Positions 21,826 through 31,981 of a DNA stretch of 64,000 nt are shown one piece after another. This stretch comes from Pseudobdellovibrionaceae bacterium (lineage in GTDB: Bacteria; Bdellovibrionota; Bdellovibrionia; Bdellovibrionales; Bdellovibrionaceae). The notes beneath the pieces are model-generated. The model was not told the DNA's origin and did no database searches. It saw only the letters and a list, made by a program, of their open reading frames with translations. The stretch is taken from positions 64,001 through 128,000 of the forward strand of contig JBDHWW010000001.1 of NCBI GenBank assembly GCA_039810425.1, in the 5' to 3' direction. Position 1 is the first letter of the stretch; each line of letters starts with the position of its first letter. Both the position numbers and the translations under genes were made by a program.

Positions 21826-22530
21826 TCAGCGGACTTTAATAAGATTGTATAGATACTGACCCCAGTCACTCCAGTGTCTGAAGGAGCTATTGCTGGGCTG
21901 TTGATGATGGTACTGATGCCAACCCTCGCCGGCCATCAGGAATCCGAGGAGAGGTTTGTTCACCGGACCTTGGTCATTGTGGCAAAGAACGTTCGTGGTA
22001 CTGCCGGCGAACCACATTAGAAAAGCTGGTACGATCAGAAGCCCCCAATACCATACCGCAGGCAACAATAAAAATCCTGCTGCGTGTAGCACTAAGAGAA
22101 ATTGGAAATAATTTTTATGCTGTAGAATATAGCGGCGCTGTCGTAACAGGTCCGGCACATAACGAACAATGTCTTCATCTCCGCTCGAGTACCAGTAAGT
22201 TTTAAGCCAGCCGGTGTGCTGTGGAGAATGGGGGTCTTGAGCTGTATCGCTAAAACGATGGTGTTTTCGATGCGTCCCCGCCCAGGCGATGGCCGACCCC
22301 GAAACACCTATCCAGGAAAAGAAAAGCAATATTCGATCGAACGCTGGGTAAATCGGGTGTCGGTGGGCAAGGACCCTATGAAAATAGACGGTTCCGCAAA
22401 ACCCCACGTACACAACCTGTGAAACAACAATCGTTAATAGGGCGGTAGTAAAGGGTACAAAAATCAGACCAATAAAAAATCCGAGGTGAATGTAAACTTG
22501 AGATAATAAAAGTGTTTTCTTAAAATTCAT
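21826..22530 (-). CDS. Membrane fatty acid desaturase (delta-9/acyl-CoA desaturase-like)
   Basis: His boxes HRVLAH, HRKHH and GEGWHQYHH; DPHSP. Confidence 0.9.
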   Translation of the reverse strand: MNFKKTLLLSQVYIHLGFFIGLIFVPFTTALLTIVVSQVVYVGFCGTVYFHRVLAHRHPIYPAFDRILLFFSWIGVSGSAIAWAGTHRKHHRFSDTAQDPHSPQHTGWLKTYWYSSGDEDIVRYVPDLLRQRRYILQHKNYFQFLLVLHAAGFLLLPAVWYWGLLIVPAFLMWFAGSTTNVLCHNDQGPVNKPLLGFLMAGEGWHQYHHQQPSNSSFRHWSDWGQYLYNLIKVR

Positions 22531-22700
22531 TCTTAAAAACTAGATCACGAGGGATGGAATATTTAAAACGATAACTCGTCGCACACTGTCTTTTAATGAG
22601 ACAGTTGGATTGAAAGTCGTTGGTATGGAAAGCTAGCCTGAAAACAAACGATTTGGAGTTTTGTCTTGATTGATGATGTCTTAACTGTTAAAAATAAGCA

Positions 22701-23189
22701 GTGGGGATATTAACTCAAAATTCACGACGTCAATTTTTATTTCAAGGTTTTGCCACTTTGACATTATTGTCCATGTGGAAGGGCTTCGGCTCCTTTGCAT
22801 CAAAATCATCAGCATTTTCTGTGTGCTATGGAATAGATGTTTCTAACATTCCAGATTTGAACTTAAAAAACCCAGAGTCAGCCTATGTAGAGGTTTTTCA
22901 ACGCTTTTGTGCCCCTCGACTTTCGCCGGAGTGGATCGCGCGTGAAGATCAGGTGAAGCATCAGGCCCTTCAGGCGGGGCGTCTGCTCAGTGCAGAAATT
23001 GTTTTTGAACCTTCCAACGGCCATATTAAGATTCTAACGTCTTGGCGAGATAAAGAGTCATTTCACGCTTACTATTCCAAAGCACAGCTATACAAACTTG
23101 ACGAAGCCTTTCAGTTGGGCGGACTCCATCCGCGCGTTTTTAACGCGGAGAATATCTTCCCTCAATTGACGGGGGCGGAGCGGGGTTAG
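22701..23189 (+). CDS. Hypothetical protein with twin-arginine-like signal
   Basis: SRRQFL followed by a hydrophobic stretch; first gene of the plus-strand block; TSWRDKESFHAY resembles ABM-fold motifs. Confidence 0.55.
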   Translation: MGILTQNSRRQFLFQGFATLTLLSMWKGFGSFASKSSAFSVCYGIDVSNIPDLNLKNPESAYVEVFQRFCAPRLSPEWIAREDQVKHQALQAGRLLSAEIVFEPSNGHIKILTSWRDKESFHAYYSKAQLYKLDEAFQLGGLHPRVFNAENIFPQLTGAERG

Positions 23190-23203
23190 TAGCTTAGTTT
23201 CAA

Positions 23204-24919
23204 ATGTGTGGGATTGTTGGCGGGTTTGATCCAGACTACAGAATTGAGAAAATCAACTGTGCGTTGAGAGCCATCCATGGCAGAGGTCCGGATCGTTCTC
23301 AGACCTATAAAATCGACTCATCCCGTTTTTTGGCTTTTAATCTTCTAGGGATTCACTCAAAAAATTCAAACAAGCTTGTGCAACCATTTCACAACGAAGG
23401 GACCACCCTCAGTGTCTGTGTGAACGGGGAAATTTATAATTATAGAGCCCTCCGTTCTGATCTTGAAAAAAAAGGATGTGTCTTTAAGTCAGAATCCGAT
23501 TGTGAAGTGGTTCTGCACGGCCTTGACTACTATGGAACGGATTTTTTCTCGTATTTGAATGGCGAATATGCCGTGGTCGCCTATTTTCACCGAACCAGGA
23601 AGTGGATTTGCGCCGTGGATCATGTCGGCACCAAACCACTTAAGTACTACTTAGACCGGGAAAGGTTCCTGATAGCCTCATCGGCAGAAGCGCTAGGATG
23701 TTTGGGGATTTCTTTGACGCTCGATGAGGGGGCGTGTCTATTTTCTTTCCATACTGCTTGCCTGCCCCGGGGAAAGACGTTGTTTTCAAGTATTTGGACG
23801 ATTCCCCCGGGACATTACTTAGAGGTGGATGAGCATTTGAATCAACGTATTCAGCCGTATACCACTGATTATTTGGGAGATGATATTGCACAAACCCTGG
23901 AAGAAGCCATTGAAAGTTCTGTGCGAGTTCGTGTCCCAAGTCACTTTAAACTGGCGCTTTCTCTGAGTGGGGGGTTGGACTCAAGCCTCTTGGCTCTTTT
24001 TTTGCGGAAGCTTGATGTCGACTTTGAATGTTTTAGCGTTGATTTTGAGGGAAGTCCGTTTTCGGAGCGTGAAGACATTCAAGCATTTTGCCGAACTCAT
24101 GGATTAAGCACGGAGTATGTTCCCATTTTTCAACAAGATCTGATTCGTGAGTTCCCGAGATCTGTTAAGAACGCAGAGAATCTTGTGATTAACGCCCACT
24201 CCGCCGGTAAGCTTATTCTGAATCAAAAAATTTCTGAGGCGGGGTATAGAGTTTGCCTTACCGGCGATGGGGCCGATGAGTTTTTCTGGGGATATTCGCA
24301 TTTTCACCAAAGTGATGGGTATCAGTTTGTACGTGATAGTACTCAGATCGGCTCGCGTTACACGCAGATTTTGGATTCCCGTTGGCATTCAATGCTTTTG
24401 AGTTCGAGCCTGTTCGAGGACTATCGAAAGACTCATATAAACCCCACGGAACAAGAGCTCTATAATAATTATTGGTTCAATGAATACGGTTTGAAAATCC
24501 TTGGCGACGCGCAGGCAGCCACACAAAGTCTCGAGTATCGGTATCCTTTTATCGATCGAAGGATTATTCAGAACGCTCGTGTGTTGCAAATGACTCGGCA
24601 AGACAACGCGCCATCAAAGCGCATACTAAGAAAAATATGTGAGACTTACGATGTCCACAGGGCTCAAACGCCAAAACGTCCTTTTACCGCGCCGCTATTC
24701 ACAAAAGAATGGCTGCCACTTTTTGAGGAATTTGTTTTTGTAGACAGCTTTAGAAATCTGGGGTTATTTCAATCTGATAGGCTGAAAGAGTATATTTTGC
24801 GGCTTCGGTTTCATCATTTGGAGGACATGCCCAAGGCGAGTTCCGTTCTTTTGACTCAAATCCTTTCCCTGGGTATTTTGAATCATGAATTCTGTATTGC
24901 ACGAGAAGCGAAATTATAA
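23204..24919 (+). CDS. Asparagine synthase (glutamine-hydrolysing)-like amidotransferase
   Basis: MCGI N-terminus, RGPD, NGEIYNY, SDCEV, GTKPLKY, LSGGLDSS, LTGDGADEFFWGY, YRYPFID. Confidence 0.9.
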   Translation: MCGIVGGFDPDYRIEKINCALRAIHGRGPDRSQTYKIDSSRFLAFNLLGIHSKNSNKLVQPFHNEGTTLSVCVNGEIYNYRALRSDLEKKGCVFKSESDCEVVLHGLDYYGTDFFSYLNGEYAVVAYFHRTRKWICAVDHVGTKPLKYYLDRERFLIASSAEALGCLGISLTLDEGACLFSFHTACLPRGKTLFSSIWTIPPGHYLEVDEHLNQRIQPYTTDYLGDDIAQTLEEAIESSVRVRVPSHFKLALSLSGGLDSSLLALFLRKLDVDFECFSVDFEGSPFSEREDIQAFCRTHGLSTEYVPIFQQDLIREFPRSVKNAENLVINAHSAGKLILNQKISEAGYRVCLTGDGADEFFWGYSHFHQSDGYQFVRDSTQIGSRYTQILDSRWHSMLLSSSLFEDYRKTHINPTEQELYNNYWFNEYGLKILGDAQAATQSLEYRYPFIDRRIIQNARVLQMTRQDNAPSKRILRKICETYDVHRAQTPKRPFTAPLFTKEWLPLFEEFVFVDSFRNLGLFQSDRLKEYILRLRFHHLEDMPKASSVLLTQILSLGILNHEFCIAREAKL

Positions 24920-25472
24920 GCTGCTGACCTTAAGCAAAGACAATAAAGCGGAGATCTTGTCACTTCTAAGGCAAGAGCTTTACAAGAAATTTGAAGTTCA
25001 AAGAGATGAAGACCTTCCAGAGAACTACTCGAATGTAAAGCCATGGTCTCTTCTGAGAATGATTGAAGACGATGCGATGGATATTTATCAGCTTGTCTAT
25101 GTTAGTGGCAAATTTTGGGCGAGTTGCGGTGGTATCATTCGGAACTTACCAAATGGGGAAAAGATTTACCAAGGGGCTTTTAGAACCCTCAGTCGCTCTC
25201 ATTGCAATATATATAAAGGATTCGGAACAAAACCTTACATTGCGGGTCTGTGCTTGCCGATCCAAATTGAAAGAGCGAAAAAATTAGGTTGTGATAAGTT
25301 TGTTTTGTCTTTTAATTTAAGCAATACAAGGTTGTATAATATTGTAACCAAATATTTTAGTAAAAGAACTTTTTTGGGTGTGGATCAGATTTTAAAAAAC
25401 TTTACGGCGACGTCAACGCCGATGACTTTCAATGGAGTGGAACAGTGGTTACTGGAAATGAAATTGAAATAA
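24885..25472 (+). CDS. Hypothetical protein, possible GNAT-fold
   Basis: Overlaps the asnB-like gene; ASCGG...QGAFRT...GFG...PIQIERAKKLGCDKFVLSFN..N resembles the GNAT motif A/B arrangement. Confidence 0.5.
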   Translation: MNSVLHEKRNYKLLTLSKDNKAEILSLLRQELYKKFEVQRDEDLPENYSNVKPWSLLRMIEDDAMDIYQLVYVSGKFWASCGGIIRNLPNGEKIYQGAFRTLSRSHCNIYKGFGTKPYIAGLCLPIQIERAKKLGCDKFVLSFNLSNTRLYNIVTKYFSKRTFLGVDQILKNFTATSTPMTFNGVEQWLLEMKLK

Positions 25473-25996
25473 CGGCGGCCACTCGTGGCGCTTTAGCAGA
25501 AATATTTTCGCAGCAATATTCAGCTTTAGAAAACAACTCGCAGAAATTATTTTGCTTCAGCGAGGGTGATTATGCTCTCGTTCAAGAGTACTATAACAAG
25601 ATTTCATACGAACATCTCAATATCGTTTATAACCATCAAGGGCAGCCCATCATGTCGGTCTTTACCTTTTCCGGGAAAAGGTTTTTACGAATGGAGCGGC
25701 TACTCGGACAAAAGGATCTTAAGGTCATTGGCATAAGAATTTTTAAGAACTCCATCGTCCCTATGCATGTAGATCCAAACTATGGGTCCACCGGCAGAGA
25801 AAACCCAGTTTTGTCCTTAGTTGTGGCAGGGAGTGAGAACGGCCGAGTCTATTTTTCAAATAGAAAAGATGGTTCAAAAAAAGTGATGATTCCCGGTCTT
25901 TCACAGTTTGTGATGTGTCCTACGGAAGTTGAGCATGGCGCTAATTCCGCGGATCAAGATATGGACATCATTCAAATTATGGTTGACCCAATTTAA
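25445..25996 (+). CDS. Cupin/2OG-Fe(II) oxygenase-like protein
   Basis: VPMHVDP ... EVEHGA (HxD...H) in a beta-rich C-terminal half. Confidence 0.55.
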   Translation: MVTGNEIEITAATRGALAEIFSQQYSALENNSQKLFCFSEGDYALVQEYYNKISYEHLNIVYNHQGQPIMSVFTFSGKRFLRMERLLGQKDLKVIGIRIFKNSIVPMHVDPNYGSTGRENPVLSLVVAGSENGRVYFSNRKDGSKKVMIPGLSQFVMCPTEVEHGANSADQDMDIIQIMVDPI

Positions 25997-26081
25997 TGTA
26001 GGGAAGTGAGACAGCCCAAGCACAGATCGGCGGAAAATTGGGGAAGCGTGAACTGCTTTACTATTTAGTTATAGGTTATCA

Positions 26082-26879
26082 ATGAAAAAACACGATTTTT
26101 TAAAAAAATACTTGGATTCCGATGGTGTCGTTAACCCCGACATCTTGGATGTAGACGACGAGCTCTTAGATATTGGCTGGTTGCCGATTTCCAACACAGT
26201 GATTGAACCGGACAACTGGGACCTGTTTTGGCGTCTTTGGAATCAGGAAAAAATCACGTTACGTCCGAAAAACTATGAAACAATCACCTGGCAGACCCTG
26301 TGTATCTGGAAGGCTTCATACCTCTCTGAAGAAGATGTGCAAAAGATTTACCCGCAGAAGGTTGTTGATTGGGAAAAGCATTTTCCCAAAATGTTGTCTC
26401 AAATTAGAGCGCTTATGCCTTTTGAAGAGATTTGGAAAATCACTTTAGCGGAAAGCATGAACCGGGTGCCTGCCCATGTGGATCTTCCCCTAGATCCACA
26501 ATATCAAATGCTCTATCCCTGGCCGAATTCTGTTCGTGTATTACTTTATGATGAAAACAAAGCCCCGACATTTTATTTAACCCAATGGCCACCGTATCTT
26601 TTAGAAGAAGGGAAAATAAAAAATTCTTTTAGTATGAAAGAATGGGGTTTCCTAGAGGATCCAAAGGCTGAAGATAAATGCTATGTGGCTTTACCGAACC
26701 ACTCGAATGCGTTTGTATATGCCAACGGGCCCCTCCTGCATGGCTCCGACTATCATGGGAGATCTAAAATTTTAGTTATGATATGGGGAAGGCCAAGCCC
26801 AGAAAAGTGGAAACAGAAGCTGAAAAATCTTAAAGAAGAGTTTCCCCAATACCGTGATCTTGGCTGCCTTTCTTATTGA
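26082..26879 (+). CDS. 2OG-Fe(II) oxygenase-like protein
   Basis: VPAHVD ... RVLLYDEN ... NAFVYAN..LHGSDY..SKILV. Confidence 0.6.
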   Translation: MKKHDFLKKYLDSDGVVNPDILDVDDELLDIGWLPISNTVIEPDNWDLFWRLWNQEKITLRPKNYETITWQTLCIWKASYLSEEDVQKIYPQKVVDWEKHFPKMLSQIRALMPFEEIWKITLAESMNRVPAHVDLPLDPQYQMLYPWPNSVRVLLYDENKAPTFYLTQWPPYLLEEGKIKNSFSMKEWGFLEDPKAEDKCYVALPNHSNAFVYANGPLLHGSDYHGRSKILVMIWGRPSPEKWKQKLKNLKEEFPQYRDLGCLSY

Positions 26880-26957
26880 TAGGTCAGTCCGTGAAAGGAT
26901 CTCATTTAGCACATGGGTTGACTTTACGGTCTTTTGTGTAAAAATCTATTCGTCAAT

Positions 26958-29323
26958 ATGAGGCTTTTCAAACATTTTACTTCGAATCAAAATATCAATT
27001 CTGCCCTATTTCCAGCAGTGTCCTTTATTGCTTTCTCGACGTTGCTATATGAAGTTTTACTATCTCGAATCTTAGCAGTAACAGTTTGGTATCACTTTGG
27101 TTTTGCAATTGTTTCCTTGGCTATGCTGGGTGTTTCCCTGGGCGCGATACTTTGCCCACGATTTAAAAACAAAATGTCTGTCATGGCGGGTCTTTTTGCC
27201 ATATTTGCGCTTGTTTCTATTGTGGTTCACCTTCAAATACAGCTTCCACCGGCAACAAATCAGATCTATTTGGGGTCGGCAATTTTAGGCCAGCTTTTTA
27301 TTTTTTTTTAACGTTTATATTTTCAGGAATTTGTCTCGGCGCAGTTTTTGTTCGATTCACCCAAGACCTTCATAAAATTTATTTTTTTGACATGGTCGGC
27401 GCGTCCTTAGGGTGTCTTTGCCTGATTCCACTGCTTTATATGTTTGATGGGCCGTCTCTTATTTTCTTGGTCTTTTCTTTCGCGTGCCTGGCGGCATCGG
27501 GATTTGCGATTGTGGAGAAGAGAAAGCGTGCGCCTTTTATGTGGCTGGCCATGATGGTTGTGGGAGTTTGCTTATTCTACGTTGATCAGCAAAAGGAGCT
27601 TTTGAGCATCACGAAAATTAAGTCGTATATGTTAGGAGAGTTTCAGACAGCCGAGGAACCGAAGGTTTTCGAAAAGTGGAGTCCCGTGTCGCGCGTCGCC
27701 GTCTTTGGACCTGTTTTCGGAGGTCGAGATTTAGTATTGACGTCAGATGGCGGAGCTCCGACTCTTCTTAGAAAGTTTGATGGAAACTACTCTAAGATTG
27801 CTGAAAGAAAGACGGACTGTCGTCAAATAGGACAGCGGCTCTCGTCGGGGGGAAATGTTCTTGTGATTGGATCCGCCGGAGGCACGGACGTTCTTATGTC
27901 CTTGGCGCTTGGGAAAGAAAAAATCACCGCAGTGGATATCAACCCGGTCACTGCGGATCTCGTCAAGGGGCGATACTCCAACTATATTGGAAATATCTTT
28001 CATGATCCAAGGGTCACCTTGCATGTTCAAGATGGCCGGAATTTCGTTGCATCAACTAAAGAAAATTATGATCTTATCCATCTTACAATGGTGGATAGCT
28101 GGACGGGGGCATCTGCAGGAGCCTTTGTTTTTAATGAAAATACTCTTTATACAAAAGAAGCTATTAAGGAGTTCACCCAGCACTTGAATCCAAATGGAAT
28201 ACTGTCAATCACCCGCTACTCGTATTGGAGCGAGGGGTTGCGTTTAGTGAATACATTGGTCGAGTCCTTGGAGGAATCCGGCATTAAAAATTATTCCCAA
28301 AGGCTCTTGGTGGTTTTGGAAAAGGATAAAGACTTTCCGCGGGTTACTATTTTATTAAAAAATGGCGTCTACTCAGCCACTGAACTAAAGAGCTTTTCCA
28401 ATTTAACCCAAGATTGCGGAGGTGCGGTGGTTTTCGCTTCAAATGTGATCACAAATCTTGATGATCTAAATTGGGCCTCCCAAAACATCAGACGCTTTTT
28501 AGCTATCGCTGAGAATGCACAGGCAAGAAGCGAGTTCGTCGGATCTTATGATAAGAATATTGAGGCGTGCACAGACGATAAACCTTTTTTCTTTTTTACA
28601 ACGAAGTTCTCCAATCTTGTAGGAGATCCCCAAGAACATGCCGCCAGAAGGTATTCCATTCTAAGCCTTTTTATTCTTTTAGGAGTCGCACTTTGTTATT
28701 CAGTAGTGATGGCTTTTATCACGGCGAAAAATTTAAAAAAACAAGACAGCGCACCGACAAAAAAATTTAGTATTTGGTATTTCGCCTTGGTGGGCGCGGG
28801 TTTTATGATAATCGAAATTTCTTTTACTCAAAAATTGACGGCGCTTTTGGGGCACCCGGCCTGGTCTTTTTTAGCGGCATTGACGAGCTTTTTGTTCTCT
28901 TCCGCTTGCGGCTCTTACTTCTCAAAAAATGCAAAATCTCTTCAGAAGATTTTAGCCACAGTCGTCTTGATAATTTTCATATACCAAGGATTTCTATACG
29001 ACCAGATGAACTCGTGGATGGCGCTTTCGTTGTGGATGAAATTTGTTTTGGCCATTGTGTTTATCTTTCCACTCGGGTTCTTCATGGGCATGTGCTTTCC
29101 GATGGGAATTCGTTTGCTGGTGCGAAACCGGCCTGAAGGGACCGCCGCAGCCTGGGCCCTCAATGGCGCGTTTTCAGTCGTGGGATCTGTAACGGCTATT
29201 GCAGTCGCCATTTTTTTAGGATTTAAGGCCACCTTGGTTGTAGGTGGTACGCTATATTTAGTGGCGATTGCGATGGTTTGGAATTCCCGCTTAGATTCAA
29301 GCGGGAAGTTATTCGTAAAGTGA
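26958..29323 (+). pseudogene. Spermidine-synthase-like (class I SAM-binding) polytopic membrane protein, frameshifted at a T9 tract
   Basis: 5' part (STLLYEVLLSRILAVTVWYHFGFAIVSLAMLG) stops at TAA 27309-27311. The downstream frame is open from 27311 (TFIFSGICLG...KIYFFDMVGASLG) into VLVIGSAGGTDV, AVDINP, DGRNFV, NTLYTKEA, TDDKPFFF, PLGFFMGMCFP and AWALNG. One extra T joins them. May be an assembly error. Confidence 0.8.
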
Positions 29324-29872
29324 AAACACGAGATGAATGCGATCCTCATTTAATGAGGCGTTCATTGCGGTGTGAAAGACTCCAGTGTCAACTTTATAAA
29401 GCCGTCCAACTTCAGGGAGCTGTTCTAATCCTCCTTCGGAGGTGACATAAAAAGCAGAGCTATTGGTCAAAATTGGAATATGCAGCCGGCATGGAAAATC
29501 GTCTTGATGCCACGAGTAGCATGTTTTAGGTGCGAGCCTTAAGATGCGCACCCTTCCGATATTACCATAATTTAATTGTTTTACCGTCTCTAAAACAGAT
29601 CCTAAATAAGTTCCCTCAATCAGGGGACTATTGTGAACGAACTGGGATTCATGAGCCCACCATCGATTGGTTTTATAGTCGTATAAGCTGCCAACTCCAT
29701 CGGTCAGTAGTTCGTGTGGGTCCACTGGAAGGTGATGTTCTCGGTGCCTTAGGGATATTTGATTTGTTTGCGAAAAAGAGGGGCATTTCTTTGCAAGATT
29801 CTGAATGCACTCATAGAGGTTTGTTGCGTCGAAAATATGCTCTAAAGGGCTTACGGCTGAAAATTTCACCAT
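29309..29872 (-). CDS. Aspartyl/asparaginyl beta-hydroxylase-like 2OG-Fe(II) oxygenase
   Basis: GRVRILRLAPKTCYSWHQD..RLHIPILTN...VDTGVFHTAMN....RIHLV. Confidence 0.85.
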   Translation of the reverse strand: MVKFSAVSPLEHIFDATNLYECIQNLAKKCPSFSQTNQISLRHREHHLPVDPHELLTDGVGSLYDYKTNRWWAHESQFVHNSPLIEGTYLGSVLETVKQLNYGNIGRVRILRLAPKTCYSWHQDDFPCRLHIPILTNSSAFYVTSEGGLEQLPEVGRLYKVDTGVFHTAMNASLNEDRIHLVFSLYE

Positions 29873-30042
29873 TGGGTGAATTTCATGCTAATCTGGAAAC
29901 GAGGCAAGCTTAAAATACCAAGCACTTTATTTGTACTTTTCATGATGAGATATTCGCTTGCGATGTATCCTGGGTGACGGACGGATTTTAAAACATAAGA
30001 ACAACGCTGCACGCCAGATATGGCCTGACATAAAAAATCATT

Positions 30043-31056
30043 CTACCTAAGTAAAGGACCGATAAATTTTCTGCTAGTGGGATCTCTCATTTTATAAAGC
30101 ACACCCTCGAGGTAATAGTGGCCATAGGCAAATAAAAACATGACCGCATTCATAATTTTATATGCGAGAAGATCTGGAGCCTTTCCTCTTAGAAAGAATG
30201 CGGCGATTCCCGCATGTGCGTTCAGTATAAAGGACAATATTAGAAATACGGCGATGCTTGTCGTCAGGACCGACATCGGTAAAGGCCCGGCCGCCGATGT
30301 ATTTTTTCTGATTTTTTGCGCCACCATGTAGTAGTCAAAACCATGAGAGCCGGCGATGGCCATACCAGCTATAGAGGAGTAAAAAGTGAGTGGGAATAGT
30401 AAAGCTCTAGTCATGAATAAACACTTATACTTATTTCGAAAATTAGATCCTATCAAATAGAGACCTATCAGTAAGTGCGGGACAAAAACTCCGAGTCTTA
30501 TCATGCGGGTGGTATTTGAATCGTCAAAGTACCTATTGTTCATTGCCAAGAGGCAGACTTGAATAAATAGAAACACCTCGAAAATACGAAAAAGCCGCTT
30601 TTCAAAGACAATATGTCTGGCGGAAGTGGGGGAAGCCATATCATACATGGTAGCAATCCCGACGACTTGCCTCCAGGCATGAAATACCGGTATGAATATC
30701 CAGGCAAACTTTAGAAGAACCCAAATATCTTTGGAAATCTTTTCGGGGGTAATAAACTTCAAAATAAAAACAAGTGACGCAAGGCAAACCAAAACAAAAG
30801 ACAGAAATGCTAAAAAAAGACGGTCTTTAAGTTTCTCGCTCAGCCAGGACTTCATTTCGGGAAGTGTAAAAAGAAAATAATACGAAATCACAACGTGAAT
30901 GGAATTACCCAAAACAAGCTCGACAATAATTTTAAATTGTCTAGCAGAGTCTACGCTCAAAAAATTTGGCTGATTAACTTGAGTTAGGGCCCCTACTAGG
31001 CACAGAATAACAAGCAAAAATGACCAGAATTCCAACCGTCGCTCAAAAAGTTGCAT
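30043..31056 (-). CDS. Polytopic membrane protein with four conserved His (paralog of 33144..34175)
   Basis: Multiple hydrophobic segments; NSIHV, FHAWRQVVG, SHGFDY, GHYYLEG. Confidence 0.65.
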   Translation of the reverse strand: MQLFERRLEFWSFLLVILCLVGALTQVNQPNFLSVDSARQFKIIVELVLGNSIHVVISYYFLFTLPEMKSWLSEKLKDRLFLAFLSFVLVCLASLVFILKFITPEKISKDIWVLLKFAWIFIPVFHAWRQVVGIATMYDMASPTSARHIVFEKRLFRIFEVFLFIQVCLLAMNNRYFDDSNTTRMIRLGVFVPHLLIGLYLIGSNFRNKYKCLFMTRALLFPLTFYSSIAGMAIAGSHGFDYYMVAQKIRKNTSAAGPLPMSVLTTSIAVFLILSFILNAHAGIAAFFLRGKAPDLLAYKIMNAVMFLFAYGHYYLEGVLYKMRDPTSRKFIGPLLR

Positions 31057-31078
31057 GCGGTTTAATTTTTAAGGTAAT

Positions 31079-31981
31079 GTGATGCATATGCAAACAAAAA
31101 AATTGTTCGTCATCGCTATACTGTTGATGAGCTCCTCTTCCTCAAACTCGTATTATGAGAAGGCGTCTAAGTCCGGTCCCGGGGTCATGAACGGCATCAA
31201 ATTCGATGACTATAAGGATTTCGATAAAAAATGGAAACTTGTGACAGTGCGCTACCGTCAAGACAGCCATGAGATGAGATTCACATATGCAAATGATATC
31301 GCGTGGAAAGAGATGCAGTCTTTGAAACCCAACTACAACGACGGGGCAATCTTTGCTAAAATAGGATTTATAACGGAGCAGGATCCTGCTTTTCCGAGTT
31401 CCGAGGTTCCATCTGGAACAAAAAGGTATCAGTTTATGGTCAAGGATAAGAACAAGTATAAATCGACAGAAGGGTGGGGCTATGCCCTATTTACGGACGA
31501 GGGAGGTCTTTTTAAGGAGGATTTAGCGGCGAAAACCGTTGCCTGTGCTGCCTGTCATGCATTAGTGCCAGAAAGAAACTTCGTTTTTTCAAGGCCAATG
31601 AGACTTCAATTTGAGAGCGTCTTATCTCAATTGAATAGCAAGAAAATTCTGGATGAAAATTTACCATTTATTGAGAAGCCAGCGAAAGAATTTTCAAAGG
31701 GCTTTCAAGACCATTTAAGCGTAGGTGCAACTCTGGTGAACTCTTTGGACGGTCCACTCAAGAAAAACGCGTTCTCAGGAACACTTGATGAAATTATACC
31801 CGTACTGTTAGAAAAGGCGAAAGCGTCGGGAAGGTCCGCCACACTTTATTTGAATGATAAAAATTATTCCCTGGTAAGCCCACACTTAAAAACTGCAGAT
31901 TGTGAAGATGAAAAGACCCAATTTTCCATCGTAGTCATGTTTAATCAAAAATTAGTTAGGAAAACATCAATTTGCAAGTAG
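31079..31981 (+). CDS. Cytochrome P460/c'-beta family protein with C-terminal extension
   Basis: Signal-like N-terminus; YKDF..WKLV, DGAIFAK, QFMVKD..KY.STEGWGYALF, CAACH haem-c motif, NFVF. Confidence 0.82.
   Translation: MMHMQTKKLFVIAILLMSSSSSNSYYEKASKSGPGVMNGIKFDDYKDFDKKWKLVTVRYRQDSHEMRFTYANDIAWKEMQSLKPNYNDGAIFAKIGFITEQDPAFPSSEVPSGTKRYQFMVKDKNKYKSTEGWGYALFTDEGGLFKEDLAAKTVACAACHALVPERNFVFSRPMRLQFESVLSQLNSKKILDENLPFIEKPAKEFSKGFQDHLSVGATLVNSLDGPLKKNAFSGTLDEIIPVLLEKAKASGRSATLYLNDKNYSLVSPHLKTADCEDEKTQFSIVVMFNQKLVRKTSICK

Noticed and set aside
23204..24919. Lasso peptide cyclase
   Set aside because: Retains the N-terminal glutaminase Cys; no B1/B2 proteins or precursor peptide nearby.
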